Virus record (IMG/VR): IMGVR_UViG_3300009181_007093
Length of the DNA: 64,000 bases
Reading direction: 5' to 3' (one strand)
From: a virus
In this document: positions 61,942 to 64,000 of the stretch, one piece after another
Layout: each line of letters opens with the position of its first letter
Position numbering within the stretch: position 1 is the first letter of the stretch
Made by a program: the position numbers and the translations under genes
The notes under the pieces: generated by a model
Database searches by the model: none
Seen by the model: only the letters and a program-made list of their open reading frames with translations
What the model was told of the DNA's origin: nothing

Positions 61942-64000
61942 TTGCTTGTTCAACTAGTTCCATTTTCATATTTAAAAGTTTTTTTAGTTTATCTTTATCG
62001 CATAAAGAAAATGATTTTGCATCTTTAATTCCAGCTTCATATAATTTTGTTGCTCTTACTTTGCCTATATTTGGTATGCTACATAAATTTATTAGGTGCA
62101 CTGGAACACCATATACAATTTTTCCTTCTATTTCTTTCATCCATGATATTTTTCCCCATTTACCTCCAAATGTATCCAACGATTGAATTACTTGTGAAAC
62201 ACGATTAAACTCAAGTTGTATATTTCTTTGGAAAGAAGCGAACACAGGATTATTTCTCCCCTGCATAAGGTTGAAATAACAAAATCCAACTTTACAAGAT
62301 CCTTCTGTAATAAACTTATTCGTTTTATTTCTTAACACTTTCGTTCTATAAGCACTCATTGCATCTTTTTCTGCTCTAGAAACGATATTGTTTCTAGCGG
62401 AATCTGTGTTCGCTAAAGCCATAGAAACAAAATAATCATCATCTTGCTTTTGATTGTCAAAGATAAACTTCAAATTAAAAAATAAATCGGACGCATCAAA
62501 TGGTGAATAATAAAACATACTTGCCACTTTACCTATTGCTCTTGCATACCACACATCATTTTCTGAGCCTATAGCCCCACATTTAGTAAGGGATGTCAAA
62601 GTATCGTCTATAGACTTTTCATTTAATTGATTGCTTTGAAAATACGCCAAAGATCTTTTATACCACCGATAAATGTCTTCTGTATTTTTCACATATCCAT
62701 GATGTATTTCGCTCACTAGGTGGAACGCTAAATTTTTATAATATGGTCCTGTTTTATTTAAAAGTTGCGATTCTATTTTAGATGGTTTTTGAAGTTCGGC
62801 TTTACACTCTAGCTGTTCACTTTCTGGTATAAGAACGTATGCATCTCCCATTGGATCTATTCCAAGCCTGCCAGATCTTCCTACCATTTGAGATATATCA
62901 TATGATGCAATCTTTTCATTTGCTCTATTAACGCCTAAAACAATCACTCGTCTTGCCGGTAAATTACAGTTGTGAGATATTGCTCCACATCCTACATAGG
63001 CATGTGGACTATCAACCTCAATCTCCTTGAAAAGACCGCCGGAACACTTCCTAACCTCCTTTATCCTCGACCAGAAATATGGTTTGCCGACCAGATATTT
63101 AGGATTATCCGATGGATTTGACAACAAGTACGAGTAAACCCTTGCACACTTTTCGGGACAATTGAATCCCACCCGACTCATAAAAAGATCAAGATTCTTC
63201 GATCCAAAAATGCGTAGCCTGTAAATATACTTTCTCGCTGGCATTAGAATCTTGCCACTGAGCGTAGACGGCATCATTCTTTTGCGTGCGTAAGAAGACA
63301 TTATGCCGAAACCAAGAAGAGCGGTACGGACAGACTGAATCATCTTCTCGCTTATGTTACAAATACCGACAGAAACTTTTCCGTTAGAATGGTCTTTGGA
63401 TCCGCCATTAGCATCGAAAAGCCCCCTCAAGAAGCTTCTCATAATGAGCTGTTTGTCGTAAATCTCATGAGGAATATCGTCACATCCATTTTTTCTTTCA
63501 ATGCAACCGTCTCCGAAAGCGAAACCTGCCAAATACCAGAATCGGTCAACGTCTGAAATCTCTTTTGTCCACAAGCCAAAATCGGATGGCACAGCAATAA
63601 AATCGCCTTTAGAAAGAGATGACACTTCATTCCAATCTGGAGCCTTCCTTCCTTCCGCCGCCAAAAAGACATGATCTTCAGACACAGTCATCGTGTCACC
63701 GCACTCGAGTTTAACAAAATATCCACGTTCAGACTCAAAAGTCTCCTGCCTGATAACTTTCCTAGGTTCGAAGCCGTTGTTGACTGGACAAAGCAGTTCG
63801 TCGCCAACCGAAATATCGGCAACGTCCATCATCGATCCGTTAGGAAGAACCACACGACTGCCGTGCTTATAACAACCCCATGCAAGTGTGCTGGTAGCGA
63901 CTATGACTCTAGGTTCTTTATCGTTTTTAAACCTATTCTCTAAGCTAATTCTTGCACTTTTGGCAAGATCAGCACTATGAAACTCTGCTTTTATTCCTGA
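61919..64000 (-). CDS. Ski2/Hel308-like SF2 helicase, intein-containing (5' end outside window)
   Basis: Frame open to 64000: FHSADL...VATSTLAWG|CNLPARRV, QMVGRSGRLG.D..GDA, IESQL, C-terminal HhH IPNIGKVRATKLYEAG. Confidence 0.92.
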   Translation of the reverse strand, partial: SGIKAEFHSADLAKSARISLENRFKNDKEPRVIVATSTLAWGCYKHGSRVVLPNGSMMDVADISVGDELLCPVNNGFEPRKVIRQETFESERGYFVKLECGDTMTVSEDHVFLAAEGRKAPDWNEVSSLSKGDFIAVPSDFGLWTKEISDVDRFWYLAGFAFGDGCIERKNGCDDIPHEIYDKQLIMRSFLRGLFDANGGSKDHSNGKVSVGICNISEKMIQSVRTALLGFGIMSSYARKRMMPSTLSGKILMPARKYIYRLRIFGSKNLDLFMSRVGFNCPEKCARVYSYLLSNPSDNPKYLVGKPYFWSRIKEVRKCSGGLFKEIEVDSPHAYVGCGAISHNCNLPARRVIVLGVNRANEKIASYDISQMVGRSGRLGIDPMGDAYVLIPESEQLECKAELQKPSKIESQLLNKTGPYYKNLAFHLVSEIHHGYVKNTEDIYRWYKRSLAYFQSNQLNEKSIDDTLTSLTKCGAIGSENDVWYARAIGKVASMFYYSPFDASDLFFNLKFIFDNQKQDDDYFVSMALANTDSARNNIVSRAEKDAMSAYRTKVLRNKTNKFITEGSCKVGFCYFNLMQGRNNPVFASFQRNIQLEFNRVSQVIQSLDTFGGKWGKISWMKEIEGKIVYGVPVHLINLCSIPNIGKVRATKLYEAGIKDAKSFSLCDKDKLKKLLNMKMELVEQAIKDSASF
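62969..63874 (-). mobile_element. Helicase intein (302 aa) with truncated LAGLIDADG domain
   Basis: C1 YKHGSRV, VSEDHVF, AGFAFGDG, FLRGLFDANG, EIEVDSPHAYV...ISHN, +1 Cys. Confidence 0.92.

Noticed and set aside
1-64000. Alternative genetic code, tRNA or rRNA genes
   Set aside because: Conserved genes are full length in code 11 and end at TAA, TAG or TGA. No cloverleaf or rRNA-like segment was recognised by eye; tRNAscan-SE would be decisive.

Overview
AT-rich, gene-dense 64 kb segment with most genes on the - strand. It is best explained as part of a large (jumbo, distantly T4-like) bacteriophage genome. Supporting evidence: PhoH, a gp4-like head-completion nuclease, a dNMP kinase, a BppU-like and other virion-type proteins, T4-style capsid-targeting N-termini, near-consensus sigma70 promoters plus a second TATATA-type motif, and no host-style housekeeping operons. 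Cargo includes a sigma factor, a stand-alone RNAP alpha-CTD, IF3, peptide deformylase, bS21, DnaJ, GroES, ACP, a TPP-dependent keto-acid decarboxylase with an aldehyde dehydrogenase, HldE with several glycosyltransferases, and a prkA-yeaH-spoVR module. DnaE is split into two genes without a split intein. Four inteins are present: one in DnaE, two in SpoVR, and one in a Ski2/Hel308-like helicase. Most striking observations: (1) the DnaE intein is dual-coding, with a complete Zn-finger plus Vsr/DUF559-type endonuclease gene and its own Shine-Dalgarno nested in the +1 frame while the intein frame stays open; (2) a hairpin right after prkA carries an 18-nt antisense copy of the yeaH ribosome-binding site and start codon; (3) an FmdB-type zinc-ribbon gene missing from the ORF track appears to start at ATT in a genome that encodes its own IF3. 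All family assignments come from motif recognition by eye, not database searches. No tRNA, rRNA or CRISPR array was recognised.
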